A DNA stretch of 64,000 nt from the human T2T-CHM13v2.0 reference genome, Homo sapiens. The position numbers were made by a program, and so were the translations under genes. This document shows positions 25,532-38,322 of this stretch, one piece after another. The notes below the pieces were generated by a model. That model saw only the letters and a program-made list of their open reading frames with translations, was not told where the DNA came from and made no database searches. The stretch is from assembly GCF_009914755.1 (NCBI RefSeq), contig NC_060947.1; one strand, written 5' to 3'. The stretch's first letter is position 1, and every line of letters begins with the position of its first letter.

Positions 25532-28500
25532 CTAGGAAAATGAAGTGTCTATTATAAGGAGAGTTCCTGTAACTTAAGGAGCAAGCTCACTACAAAACCC
25601 AGCTACCTGCTTATCGTAGTGGCCAGAGTGGTAGAAGAGATACGGAGTAGGAATTAAACCACACAATGTTATTTAGGGACTAAGCCATGCCCCTAACAAG
25701 AAAACAAGCCAAAAGGAAAGTATTAGGCATTCTCTGGGAAGGCATGCATTTTTTTCCCATGTCTCTGGGGCCAAAAACCTTATACCAAGTACCTATTGGC
25801 ACCCGAATATATTTGTAGAATGAATGAATACATGAAAAAAAATAAACAGTAACCTTTCTCCTATATTCTACTTTCCAAGCCAATTAATAAGCAAGTGTCT
25901 TTTCGTCATGATTTTTTTTGTTTTCTGTTTAGGATTTAACAAAATGGTTGAGATAACAGTCACTTCTGTTTGATGAAGAGTATCACTTCATTCCATTTTT
26001 GTGTTTTTGTTGCATCTCCAAGTCAGAATAAATGCCTTTTGGAGCAGATATATTTCATTTAGCATTTAGTATCATCTTCATCAATACTCGTATGAACGAA
26101 AAAATAAAAAGCCCTCTCTTATTCCCACTCTACAACGCATGTCAAAGGTGATCTGTTTAGTTTTTCCTTAGTATCGAACATATCACAGCTACTCAATGAA
26201 GTTTCTTCTCAACTAAAGAAACACAGTCTCTTAGAGAATTTGTTCCTGTGTTTCCACCATAAGATAAATGAGATAAAGTGCACTTTGGTTTACGTCTTTC
26301 AAGCACTTAAGAACAGCACTTTATTCAGTTTTAATAAATTTTTACTAAATTGGTAAATGCAAAAGAATCTTTTTTTTATTGCTCATATGTCTTCCTGTCT
26401 CTAAGCCAGACCAATGAGCAAATACCTTTAAAACTAGTTGTTACATCTTGAACCATTTAACTGTAATAAAAGCAGAATGTTTAGTTAATGAATTAAAGAA
26501 CAAACCCTGAGCCCTTTTATCAGTCTCCTGGCTTTAAACTAAGCCAATGAGGAAGTGATTTGGGGGATTCCTGAAACTAGGAAAAATGTCTCTTTATTTT
26601 GAAAGAAACTTGCATTTTTCTTTCTTTTTTTTTTTTTTTTTAATCTCAAAGGCAATTGAGTGGGTCTTCTGGGCCAGACCTATTTAATTTACGAAACATA
26701 GTACCTTGCAGAGAATAGGCATTGAAATATTATTTAAACAATCAAACCAAAGATGTTCTTCTATCTTCAGCTGTCAGTGATCTAATGCCCTCATCTCTCT
26801 TATCCTCAGGACCCAGAATGGTATATTCCACATAAAAGATGCTTTGTTTATCAAATGAATCAAAAAGCACGCCTGAGGCATTTATTTTTACTCCTTTACT
26901 TCTGTAGGCCAGGTCAAGGTGGGTCTAATTCACTTTTATCATCAGCACTTAAGAAACTGGATGGAAGACCACAACACCTTGTTTTTTGCAAAAATTTTCC
27001 ATCTCCTCAATCAGGCCAGGAAGCATGTATCTTCTGGACAGGACTTTATCTCTCTACTCAGCTTAGTACACTGCCTTATATTAGTCCATTTGTCCCATGT
27101 TTTCATCACTGAATAAACTTGTTAAATGACTTTTGGTCTGGATCTCACACCTATATTACTTCATTTCCTTCTGTGAGCACTCTATAATGATAACATCATT
27201 TTTATATCCTAGGGCATGTAGTTCCGAGCCCCACAGAAAGTAATCACCATTCAGTAAGCCAATAGTTCATTCCTATCTGTATAGAACTGTAGGCTTTGTA
27301 AATCTACACATAGATCTCTGTTGTAGGTTCAATAATGATAATAAATGTTTGTGCCCCCAGTTGTTATCTCTAAGGATAAGAGTAATCAATGATCATTCAG
27401 CAGATATAGCTTATATATGGGTGGCAGTTTACAAATTATAAATTGATTTTACACATATTTTCTTCTGCTACCCAAGACACAATAAAGATGGTTTATCTTT
27501 GCATCCCCAATGCCTAGCAATGAGATTGGCACACAATAGATAACTACTATAGTGGCATTCTTCAGACAACCAATCCCTTGCGTATGCGTATTCAAAAGAT
27601 AATCATTGTTATTCAAATTTTCCTACTTTATTTGCACAATATAATAACTATCATACAATTTTATAAACCTAGTACCCAGCACCAAGTGAGAAAATCAACA
27701 GTTACATTTATATGGTGCCTTAGAGTTCACAAAATGCTAACATAGGTATTGCCTTATTTTTGGCTGTGGCTAAATGAAATATGATAAATTTTCAGTGCCT
27801 TTAACAGTGAGTTCACATAGTAGGCAATCAAAATTCATCTATTTAACAGGTATTTAAACCCTTGGTTTGTATAACTACTTATAGAACCCTTCTCACTGTG
27901 GTTTAACTATACAATGAGAATTTTGTAGAGACAATACCTAGCTTACAGAAAGTTTTATTCATACAGAAAGCATCAAATTTTTCATTTACAAGTGCTTTAT
28001 AATTTAGAAAGCACATTCGCAAGCTGAATTAAGTGACTTTCGGTCTGGATCTCACATCTATTACTTCATTTCCTCATACTAGCTCTTTCCTGGTTACCTG
28101 GAAAAATGTATCAGTAATAATTTAACTTAACCTCACCAGTAAAGTCTTGATTGTTTAAAATTAAGCAATATATCATTCCTTACATCTGAATAGTATAGAG
28201 GATAAACTTTCCTCTTATTACATAGGAGAATTAATCTTGTATTTTACAGTACCCAAAATAGCTGGTATGTAAGAGGCACTTAATATTCATTCATCCATTC
28301 ATTCATTCATAAATATGTAGCCCATTGACATTTGTATCATGCTTTAGTTTACAAAGCACTTTAATATGCACCTTTCTGAAATTTTTTGTTCTATGAGAAT
28401 ACTTTTCCCCCTTTGGTAGCTCTAGCACCCAGCATGGTATCTGGCACATTATAGGTGACCACAACAAGCTTAGTCCCTTATGTTTTCAGTATATTTTAAA

Positions 28501-28878
28501 GTTTAAAAGCAGTTTCCATGTGTTTTCGTTTCTGATACCTGGAATACTGCATTTTTACTCAAAATTACCAGAGCAGCAAACACAAATTGGCCTCAAATAT
28601 ACATATAATTTATTCATTTATCAAACAATTCCTTGTGTCTGCATAGTACTATATCCTTTTGAAAGAGCACTTTTTTATGCTTGCTCCTTTCTTTGTATCC
28701 ACAACGCTTATCACAGTAGAATACAAGTGCTTTACAGTTTACAAAGCACATTCACTATTTTTTTTCAGGTCACCTAGATATCAATAATCATTGCATTTTT
28801 AGTGCCTAGCACAGGGACAGGCACAGAAAAGGAAACTAGTAGTATTCAGAAATTTTCTCTGAATAACAAATAATACAT

Positions 28879-29050
28879 CAGGGGGTGGTAAGCTATGAAC
28901 AGCAGGCCAAATCCAATTGGCTCAAAAACTAAGAATGATTTTGACCTTATAAAAACGTTGTTTAAAAAACAAATATGTAACAGAAACCATATGGCCCACA
29001 GTCTAAAGTATTTATGATTTGACCCCTTACAGAAAAACTGTGGACCCCTG
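28879..29050. mobile_element. MER58A-like hAT MITE in XIST exon 6
   Basis: Inverted ends CAGGGG...CCCCTG; internal ATATGGCCCACAGTCTAAAGTATTTA. Confidence 0.65.
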
Positions 29051-30609
29051 ATTTACATAATGCTTCACAATTTACACTGCACTTTCAAATGTTAACTGCA
29101 TGATTGCCAATACACTAATTGGTTTTTCTCTTATGTTTTACAGTGCTTTCATACACATTATCAGTCATTTAAATCAACTTCCCACATAAACAGGAAGAAA
29201 AAAATCAAGGAAAGTATTAAACATGCTCAACAGTCCCAGGTTCTCTCATCTTTAAGCCTAGAGATGGGTATTAAACCCAGGAGTAGCGTTGGCACAGTCC
29301 ACCAAATTATTTGGCCACTACTATGAGCAGGGAGTTCAGGCTGTCCCCTTGGGACCTCGCTTTGTCCCAGGCACAGTCACCCTTTCCATAACCATCACTA
29401 GAAATCCCAAACCCCAGAATCCTGCTCACCTAAGCTCAAAGAAGGAAGCTGTTGCTGGCAGGTGCTTCTCAGAAGTCTGGCACATCTGTGTATTTCTTGT
29501 CTAATTCTTCTCATTGGCCTGGAGCATCTCTTCACATTTTTCTCTAGAGAGCCTGGCACTTTTTTTTCCCCAACAACCTGACCATTTTATCTTCTCAGTC
29601 TAGGGCTTCTGGGGTCAAAAGAAAGGACTGAAATACAGTATCACCTATATGAATGTCTGCTCCTGAGGGAAGTTAACAAAAGCCAGATTAGATACTGACT
29701 GGATTTTGGTGTCTCTCTCAAGTGGAGAAGATGTGAATAGAAACAGAAGTTTACAAAACACTATAGCCTAACAAATAGGTAAAAGCTGTGATTTAAAGCT
29801 GGCTCAAGACTGGCCCAGGCATAATACTGTCAATCTAAAGGTAACCGGCAACATCAAAAAGTACATCTCAAAAGAATCAGGCTTAAAGATAAACAGGAGA
29901 ACTGGAAATATCTAAGAGTAAGAAGTGTAAACAATAGAAAAGAGGTAGGGTTTAGGGTTCTCATCTTGGGATTTCCCCAGGTCTTCAAGCTTCTATCCTT
30001 CCTGGGTTCTGGGTCATGGGCCTCCAGATTCCGGCCGTTAGTCTTGAGATACCTTTTTCGCTTGGGTCCTCTATCCATCTAGGTAGGCTTTGTGACAGGG
30101 GCCTTCCATCCTTGGGTTGTAGGTCTTCCAGCTACAACCCTGGGCTAATCTTAGGTCGTTGGCCTTGTGTCACAAGTCTCAGTTCTTAGGCCTTCCATGT
30201 GTCCTGTCCCAGGTCTTAAGACTTCTAACTCAAGCCTTGAGACTTCCATCCAACTCAGGCCTTCGGTCCAATTCAGGCCACCCTCTGTTTTCTTGGCTCT
30301 TGAGGCTTTTGTTGGTTTCAGGCCTGAGGCTTCTATCTATCTTGGAACATGGGCTTTCCATCTTAGTCCTCGGGTCTCAAGTCTCAAACCATCTGTCTTA
30401 TACTTTGGGCCTTCTATCCATATGAGCCTTCCACCTTCTGCCCTACTTGAGTTCTGGGTTTTACTGCAGTCTAGGGCCTTGTTTTGGTCTTGGATCATCT
30501 CACATGGCAGCCTGGCATAAGGAACCGCTCCACAATGCTTGCTCTGATAGCCGACGTTCTGCACCTATCAGGCAGGGGTTAGGAAGCCCCTCTGCCACAC
30601 ATGACACAC

Positions 30610-31299
30610 ACACACGTACACTTGCCCACATATGCAAAGAAATATTTAAGGAGAGATTACATGAAATCAAAGAGAGGGAGATAGATTCATGAAGAGGCTG
30701 AAATACTCAAAGGTGAGTAGAAAGGGAAGAAGCAGAGAACAAATACAAGCCAACAGAGATTAATACTGAAATAGAAAATCACAAACAGCAAGAGATGCTG
30801 AGGCACGCAGGGGAGGAGAGAGAGAATAGCCCAAGAGAGGCAGAAAGGAAATGCAGAAATGAGAAATGTGAGATAAAAAGTAGAAACAGCAGAAAGGAGG
30901 CCAGACTCAGAAAAAAGGTGAAATTTAAAACGAACGAGAAGGGGAAGGGGTAACAAATAATCACAGTTCACAAAGAGAAAAGAGAGGTAGGCAGAGAAAG
31001 GAGAGGTAGACAGAACAAGAAAAGGACAAAAAGCACACAGCATGTGACCCAAAAAGGAGACATGAAATAAAGCGTGAAAGAAGAGCCACATCTAGGAGAG
31101 CAAAGAGAAATAGCAACAAAATGAAAAATGAGAGATATGTCTAAGACAAGACACAGACCACTCTTGTGAACAAAAAGAGAAAATGAGGCAAAGGCACACA
31201 CGAAAGAAATTAGCAAGAGAAACATGGAAATGGGTAAGACACACTTTAGATAGAGAACAAAGAGCAAAGACAAGAAAGAAAGAGACAAAGAAATACACA
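30610..31299 (-). repeat. XIST repeat E (U/C-rich low complexity; CIZ1/PTBP1/MATR3/CELF1 binding region)
   Basis: Strongly A/G-rich plus strand (AGAAAGAGACAAAG-type units) at the start of exon 6. Confidence 0.88.
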
Positions 31300-32382
31300 C
31301 TTGAGTGCAAGAGATAAGCAAAGGCAGACATTCAGAGGAAGTAAGTAGTAGAAGAGGCAAGATACAGTGAGGGGCACAAGAGGCATGAAAAGCATCACAG
31401 AAAGATAAAAAAAATCAAAAAGTGTCATTAGTAATTATAATAAACTATTGTTACTACGAATACTACTTATAGTACTACAATAATAACAACCACCAATACC
31501 AACACAGATGCTCTTCTATTTATAAACTTTTACCTTAGGGATTTCTTACATAGAACCAAAGCATGCCAACTCTGCCTGCTACCTGATAGTGCTAGTGGTC
31601 ACTTATATTGTGGGAAATGAACTTATGAGTCTTCTTGGGTTACCTTTTACTTGACATGTGCCAGGCACTGCAATAGGTGAGCACTTTACATACATGATTT
31701 CATTTAACCCTCACAAACAGAGAAGTCTAGAGACTTTAAGTTGTCAAAGGTCATATACCTAATGAGTAGCAGAGGATTTAAAACACACAATGTATGCCTC
31801 TTAACATCCTGTTACAACTATTTACTAGGATTTCTGGAAGAGCCAAATGGGATGTCACAGATGACTAAGTATTTTCATAAAAGGCTCTTTGATAGGACTT
31901 GCTCAATCCCCTCCTTTAGCATCACCTTTCCCCAACTCTTTAGAAAACTGACTTCATTCTCACACTTTTATAATGGCTACTTCAGAGTTTAGTTTTCTTT
32001 TTACACTAATCTTAACTGACGACAGAGTCTCTCACAAACGGAGATGAGAAAGGGTTACCCTTTCAGCAGAAAGCAGAAATGGTGTTTTAAGCTTCTCAAC
32101 GTTTAAGGCTCTAAGAATGACAGAGGGCCTATACAGTGAAGACATAGAACACACAAGCAAAGGCTAAATTCTTCTGTGATACAACTGGTAAGAAGACCAT
32201 AATGTCTTTGAGTTGCTTCAGTGAACCCAGTCAGTAATATGGAAGACTGGTCATCTTTCCATCTCACATTTAGCCCCACTTCACATTAGACCAACACACC
32301 CCATCCAACACCAGCTCCCAAAAAACAGCTGTTATAACAGTTCTGAAGTGATCCTCACAGGACTGCAACATCAACAACTTAC

Positions 32383-32546
32383 TTCATTCAGCTATCCTCA
32401 AGTGCTAGAGTGCCAGGCATGTTGATCTTCAGGTGGGAAGGCTGACTTCCTTCAGTGTGTTCAAATTTCTTGGACCTGCTGAAGACTCAGCTCTCTGCAC
32501 TGCTTGTAGGAAGTATAATGATTTGGCAGATAGGAACAATGAAGAG
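32383..32546 (-). ncRNA. XIST: XIST exon 5 (164 nt)
   Basis: Acceptor TTTTTTTATAG|CTCTTC, donor AATGAA|GTAAGT; length 164. Confidence 0.92.
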
Positions 32547-32801
32547 CTATAAAAAAACATGAGATAAACCATGTAAATGCCATAAATATTGAGTACTGTG
32601 CTAGAGTTACATAAGATTCAAATTAATAAGCAATAGAAAATGTTTCCACAGAACTTTGAAACCTATAAAGTCAAAACTTTTAGGTCTTTAGAGAGAAAAT
32701 TTCCTCATTCAACAGAATAGGAAACTGGCATAAATGGGAAAATGTCTTGCCAAATATCACTTGATGAGTCACTAGAGACACCACTACCAGTCATAGCCTT
32801 A

Positions 32802-33152
<351 letters not shown>

Positions 33153-34380
33153 TCAGCTAGGAAAGAGTCCCTTTAAATGATTAATAACTGAGATCACAAA
33201 AATAATAGATATGAGAGGGAAAAACATAAGGTCTTCCCAATGTTTAAGGCTCACTTCGATGTTTTAAGACCCCTCAAGTTTGCTTTAAGTCTCCTGGCTC
33301 AGGACTAACAAAACACAGCCTTAGAGCAGCATTTTCAAAACTCACAATATTGCTCTTTGAGATAAAGGTGAGTCACTCTGGAAGGCAAATATTCTCACAA
33401 TAAGAAAATTCACATAGGTTGTTTAACATTGCAGCTAAAATACAAAAAAAAAGAAGAAGAAGAAGAAGAAAAAGAAAATTCACATAGACTACTGGCCCTA
33501 GGAGAATTTATCTAAAGATTATGAGTACAATAGATAGATCTTCCTAGATAACTCTCAACTTAGCTTTCTAGTTCCTAGACTTTCTAACAATTTGTTAGTA
33601 ACTCTCTATTTCTAAATCTACAGAGATTTCTAGTCAATTATAACATTTCAAGAGTTCTTACCCATGAAAATATTTCATGAAATTTATAGCTACCCACTAT
33701 TTACGAAGAATGCTGGGCAAAGCCTATACGTTCAGGATTTATTGCACCGAATGGTCACCTTTATCTGCCAATTCTCACTCGCTAATCAGCCTCTCCCAAC
33801 ACTGACCTAGAGAATGTAGGGTCCTGGTTCTTTAGCTCCTGCCTGATGACAGATAACTTTGTGCCATTTTTAGTCAGGTTTCCATTTGTATTTATGCGGC
33901 TTCCATCAATCAGCAACCATAGCATAAAAAGACACACCTCTCACTTGTTGTATTATACACCATGGCATCCCAAGCCATCCTGAAGTATGTAAATGATTGG
34001 CAAAGTTCTTCTGTAAGGCTTTAAGAGAGACTTTGGGGACCACATGGAACAGAATGATTTGCCCATGTGATCAATGTCACTGATGTGACAGTTGTCCATG
34101 TTCTCCTAAAAGAACAACTTAGCTGTAAGCCTCTGCCACGTGCTATAGTCCCACTCCAAACACCCGAACACATGCAACCCGCTACCCTCTTTACATCATC
34201 ACTTTAACCAGTTAATCTCACACCCAGTTGCTTCCCAGGTTAGTTAGGAAGCTGTTTTTACCAAATCATATGCAGAATAATGATGAATACGACCTCAGTG
34301 AAACACTAAGTGCAATGTATACTGGAAAACAAAATCAAAATTAAGACTACTTATTATGCTTTTAGGGACAGCTTACGCAC

Positions 34381-34589
34381 CTTGACGTGTGGTGGTTGTT
34401 TTTGAGACTTTATCTTCCTATCTGGGACCAGGAAAGTATCTTGACAGAACCTCCTGACCTAGGGTTGTTGCCCAGTGGTAGTGAGCTTTTCCCCTGGAGG
34501 ATCCTCATGCCCCATCTCCACCTAGGGATCGTCAAAGGGAATGGATCACTAACACTGTAAAACAACAAGCCTATTCTTCTGAGGAAGAT
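34381..34589 (-). ncRNA. XIST: XIST exon 4 (209 nt; conserved, LNX3-derived, hairpin-forming)
   Basis: Acceptor CTCTTTTCAG|ATCTTCC, donor GTCAAG|GTGCGT; length 209; long internal inverted repeat. Confidence 0.93.
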
Positions 34590-35366
34590 CTGAAAAGAGA
34601 TAAAAGAAAAAGTATTGAAATGCAGTACACTGGGAAAGTCTGTTCTAATGGGCAACTAGTGGTTGAGTTCAACCATATTTTTACCCTTTTCTTCATGTGG
34701 ATTGAAGAGTGGACATTTACAGTTGTGCGGAGCTGTTATATTCTGGCTACCAACTTAGCAAAAAAAAAAAAAATTATCCTATTCATTCCAGCTCTATTCT
34801 GTATGCTTTCCCTCATTTCCAAGAGAAATTTAGAACTGAGTAATTGCCAATATTCCCATGCTGCATTTTATTCTCCAGTCTTTATTACTGAGCGATCCTC
34901 TACAATGTGGGTTGTTAATACCCTTGTGTTCTCAGCACAAAATATAGTAGGGGGGTCAAGAAATCAAGAGGTTGAAACTAATGGAAGGAGAAACTAATGC
35001 TTTCTCAACCAAGAGAGCCATGAAGCCACACAGAAAAGGTCGGATGTGGTCTAACCCTATGAGTTATGTAAGAATTCTCCTCCACAATGCCTCTGGCTTC
35101 CTTTATAAAGAGCTATTTTAAGAACTGAGAAATCCACCTCTATCAAAGTGCCTGTCAGCTAGTTCTGTAGCATCCCCCTCTTTTAATTTGTACTTTAAGT
35201 AGTGCCATGCCATAATATTGCCAAGATAAAGAGAATTGTTTCCTACTCAATCCACATGGTAACATTTCTTCAACAACCTGTATAATAGGGCGCCACCAAA
35301 GTTCTAGGATATTCGGAGAAACCAAGAATGGTCACAAGCACATAGAACTCCAGTTATAACAACAGC

Positions 35367-35791
<425 letters not shown>

Positions 35792-36199
35792 TCAAGCTAA
35801 GAAATTTTGATTTCTTAAAACAAGGAAATGGCAGTGATAATGGAATTAGGCCTACCAAAACTGAGCTAATACAGATGAAGTTAGTCTTATTTGTAAACAA
35901 ATCCTGAGAACTTAATACCCATCTGCCAAAGGAAAGTGGGAATAATTTAAAAGGCCACTAATCAAAAGGTGTTAAGTTCATTAAATCTATCTTGCTGTGT
36001 GGTGAGAAAAGAAATAATTTAGTGCTTTGCATCTCTCATTCTTCATTGGGGATCAAGTATGCTTGCCCTTACAGACCTCACTGGAGCCCAGCTCTGAGGG
36101 ATAAATGAAACAGGCCGAACTCATTATGTAAAGTTAAAATGTATGTGTACATGCAAAAGAAAAAGTATAGGAATTGATGAAAACTGGCTCACGTTCTGC

Positions 36200-36472
36200 T
36201 TTTCTTTCTTTTTAAGAGACTGGGTCCCGCTCTGCCACCTAGGCTGGAGTGCAGTGGCTAATGATGGCTCACTGCAGCCTTGAACTCCTGGGCTCAAGCA
36301 ATCCTGCTGCCTCAGCCTCCAGAGTAGGTAGGACTACAGGCACGTACCACCATGCCCAACTAATTTTATTTTATTGTAGAGACATGGGTCTTCAACTCCT
36401 GGCCTCAAGTGATCCCCCCACCTCAACCTCCCAAAGCCCTGGAATTACAAGCAGGAGCCACCATGCCCAGCT
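36200..36472 (-). mobile_element. AluJ-like SINE, XIST intron 3
   Basis: Reverse Alu; GTTCTGCTTT on both flanks. Confidence 0.9.
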
Positions 36473-36552
36473 GTGTTCTGCTTTAAAAAGGAGAGTTGTG
36501 GGAAGTTCAATCCAAAGACAGAAGCACTACAACAATAAATTCCCCAAACTAC

Positions 36553-36689
36553 CTTTTTCTCCAGATAGCTGGCAACCCATCCAAGTAGATTAGCTGGAGC
36601 TTGGCCAGATTCTCAAAGGGAAAGATATGATTAATTTGGAGCCTCTTATAGCTGTTTGCAGTCCTCAGGTCTCACATGCTCAGAATGTC
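36553..36689 (-). ncRNA. XIST: XIST exon 3 (137 nt)
   Basis: Acceptor TTCTTCTTAAG|GACATT, donor GAAAAAG|GTAGTT; length 137. Confidence 0.92.
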
Positions 36690-37745
36690 CTTAAGAAGAA
36701 AGACAGGGTTCAGTAGGCTACCAAAGCACCGGTAGGATACCAAAAGAGTTACAAAAACCCCAATGAAAAAAACCTAGGAAGTATAAACTGAAGCATTAGA
36801 CATAGGTATCTCCTGTCTCTACTTTCTAGCCTGCTTGGTCTCCCTAAAGTCCTCTAATGACAAGCCCTGGCAGTACACGGGAAGATTAGACAAGTGAAGA
36901 AAAAGAACTACATGAAAATATGGGTCAAACCAATACCGACCTTAAGGGCTGACACTAAATTTGTGGCTAATGGTCATCCTGTTGCTGAAAATACTTCAAG
37001 ATTCAAGGTGGTGTGGCAACTGCTACTACTGCTTAGAGGTGCAATTGTCTTGACTGTTTTTAATAATTGGCTATCTACCTTTACTATAGCATAGGAGCTC
37101 ACTAAAGGGGATCTAAGCCAAATTTGCAGTCTTGAAAGCACTTTGCATGGTACTGTATAGTATGGTGTGAAAAGCACCCAGTATGTTAAACCTGAGTACC
37201 TTAAATGAATACAGGCTTCCAGATCCCTGATCAGGGATTACTGTATCATGAGGAAACCTTTATGTCAATGTCAAACAGGAATATATGGAACATCACTTAT
37301 TCAACACTATTCTCTAGCTTTAAAAAGGCCAAACTGTTCTATGATGTTCTCAATATAAGCAGAACAAGCTTCAAAATCTCTTGCCAACATCCTTCCCCAT
37401 CCTAATTTAATCTAAGATTAGATACTTGACTTCCAAATGCAGGCTTCCAGTTAAACATGGCGGTTCATACATGTTTATGCATTTACTCTACTGCTTCCTA
37501 AAACTCCATTAATGAGAGTAAATGTGCACTCCATATGCAAGCAAATACACCTAAAGAAATTTTAAATAAACGGATCCTAGCTCAAATTCATTTATACACT
37601 GGCATCTAAAAGGGAACAACTATTCCAGTCTCCCCAAGTCTTCTTAAGCATATTTATGGAGTATCTTGCTTTAGCATCAAAGCCCTCTAGTTTTGCCTGT
37701 TACTATGGTGATGACATACTCAAAGAGCATTCCCTTTCCCTTAAC

Positions 37746-37825
37746 GGGAATCTAAGGCTAGAGAAAATGGTTACATTTTGGAACTGGGAATCTAAGGCTA
37801 GAGAAAGTGGTTACATTTTGGAACT
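37746..37825. repeat. 40-bp tandem duplication
   Basis: GGGAATCTAAGGCTAGAGAAA(A/G)TGGTTACATTTTGGAACT x2, 39/40 identical. Confidence 0.95.
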
Positions 37826-38018
37826 GATACAGAACCATACATTTCACTAGGGTTCAATATTCACTGACAAGAATTTTGAGAATCCGTCATCTTGCAGACC
37901 AACAAAATATCAAAGTCTTATGGAGAGAATAACTGAGTGGCACAGCCAGCCATCTGGTTCAAATACTCCAGCATCAGACAGAATTGTCACAGCTAGACGT
38001 GATATTAATAATCACATA

Positions 38019-38322
38019 GGCCAGGCGCAGTGGCTCATGCCTGTAATCCTAGCACTTTGGGAGGCCAAGGCGAGTGGATCACCTGAGGTCAGAAGTTCGA
38101 GACCAGCCTGGCCAACACGGCAAAACTCCATCTGTACTAAAAATACAAACATTAGCTGGGGGCGGGGGGTGGGGGGCGGGTGCCTGTAATCCCAGCTACT
38201 TGGGAGGCTGAGGCAGGAGAATTGCTTGATCATGGGGGAAGGAGGTTGCAGTGAGTCGAGATCGTGCTACTTCACTCCAGCCTGGGCGAAAGAGCAAAAC
38301 TCCGTCTCAAAAAAAAAAAAAA
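38019..38322 (+). mobile_element. AluS SINE, XIST intron 2
   Basis: Full Alu; TSD AATCACATA. Confidence 0.93.

Larger units (their letters stand above)
23967..31299 (-). ncRNA. XIST: XIST terminal exon 6 (~7.33 kb)
   Basis: Acceptor CACTCAAG|TGTGTATTTC at the start of repeat E; ends 22 nt after AATAAA. Confidence 0.88.

Noticed and set aside
30159-31428. Hydrophobic or repetitive ORFs resembling membrane proteins
   Set aside because: Artefact of U/C-rich repeat E and the adjacent degenerate repeat.
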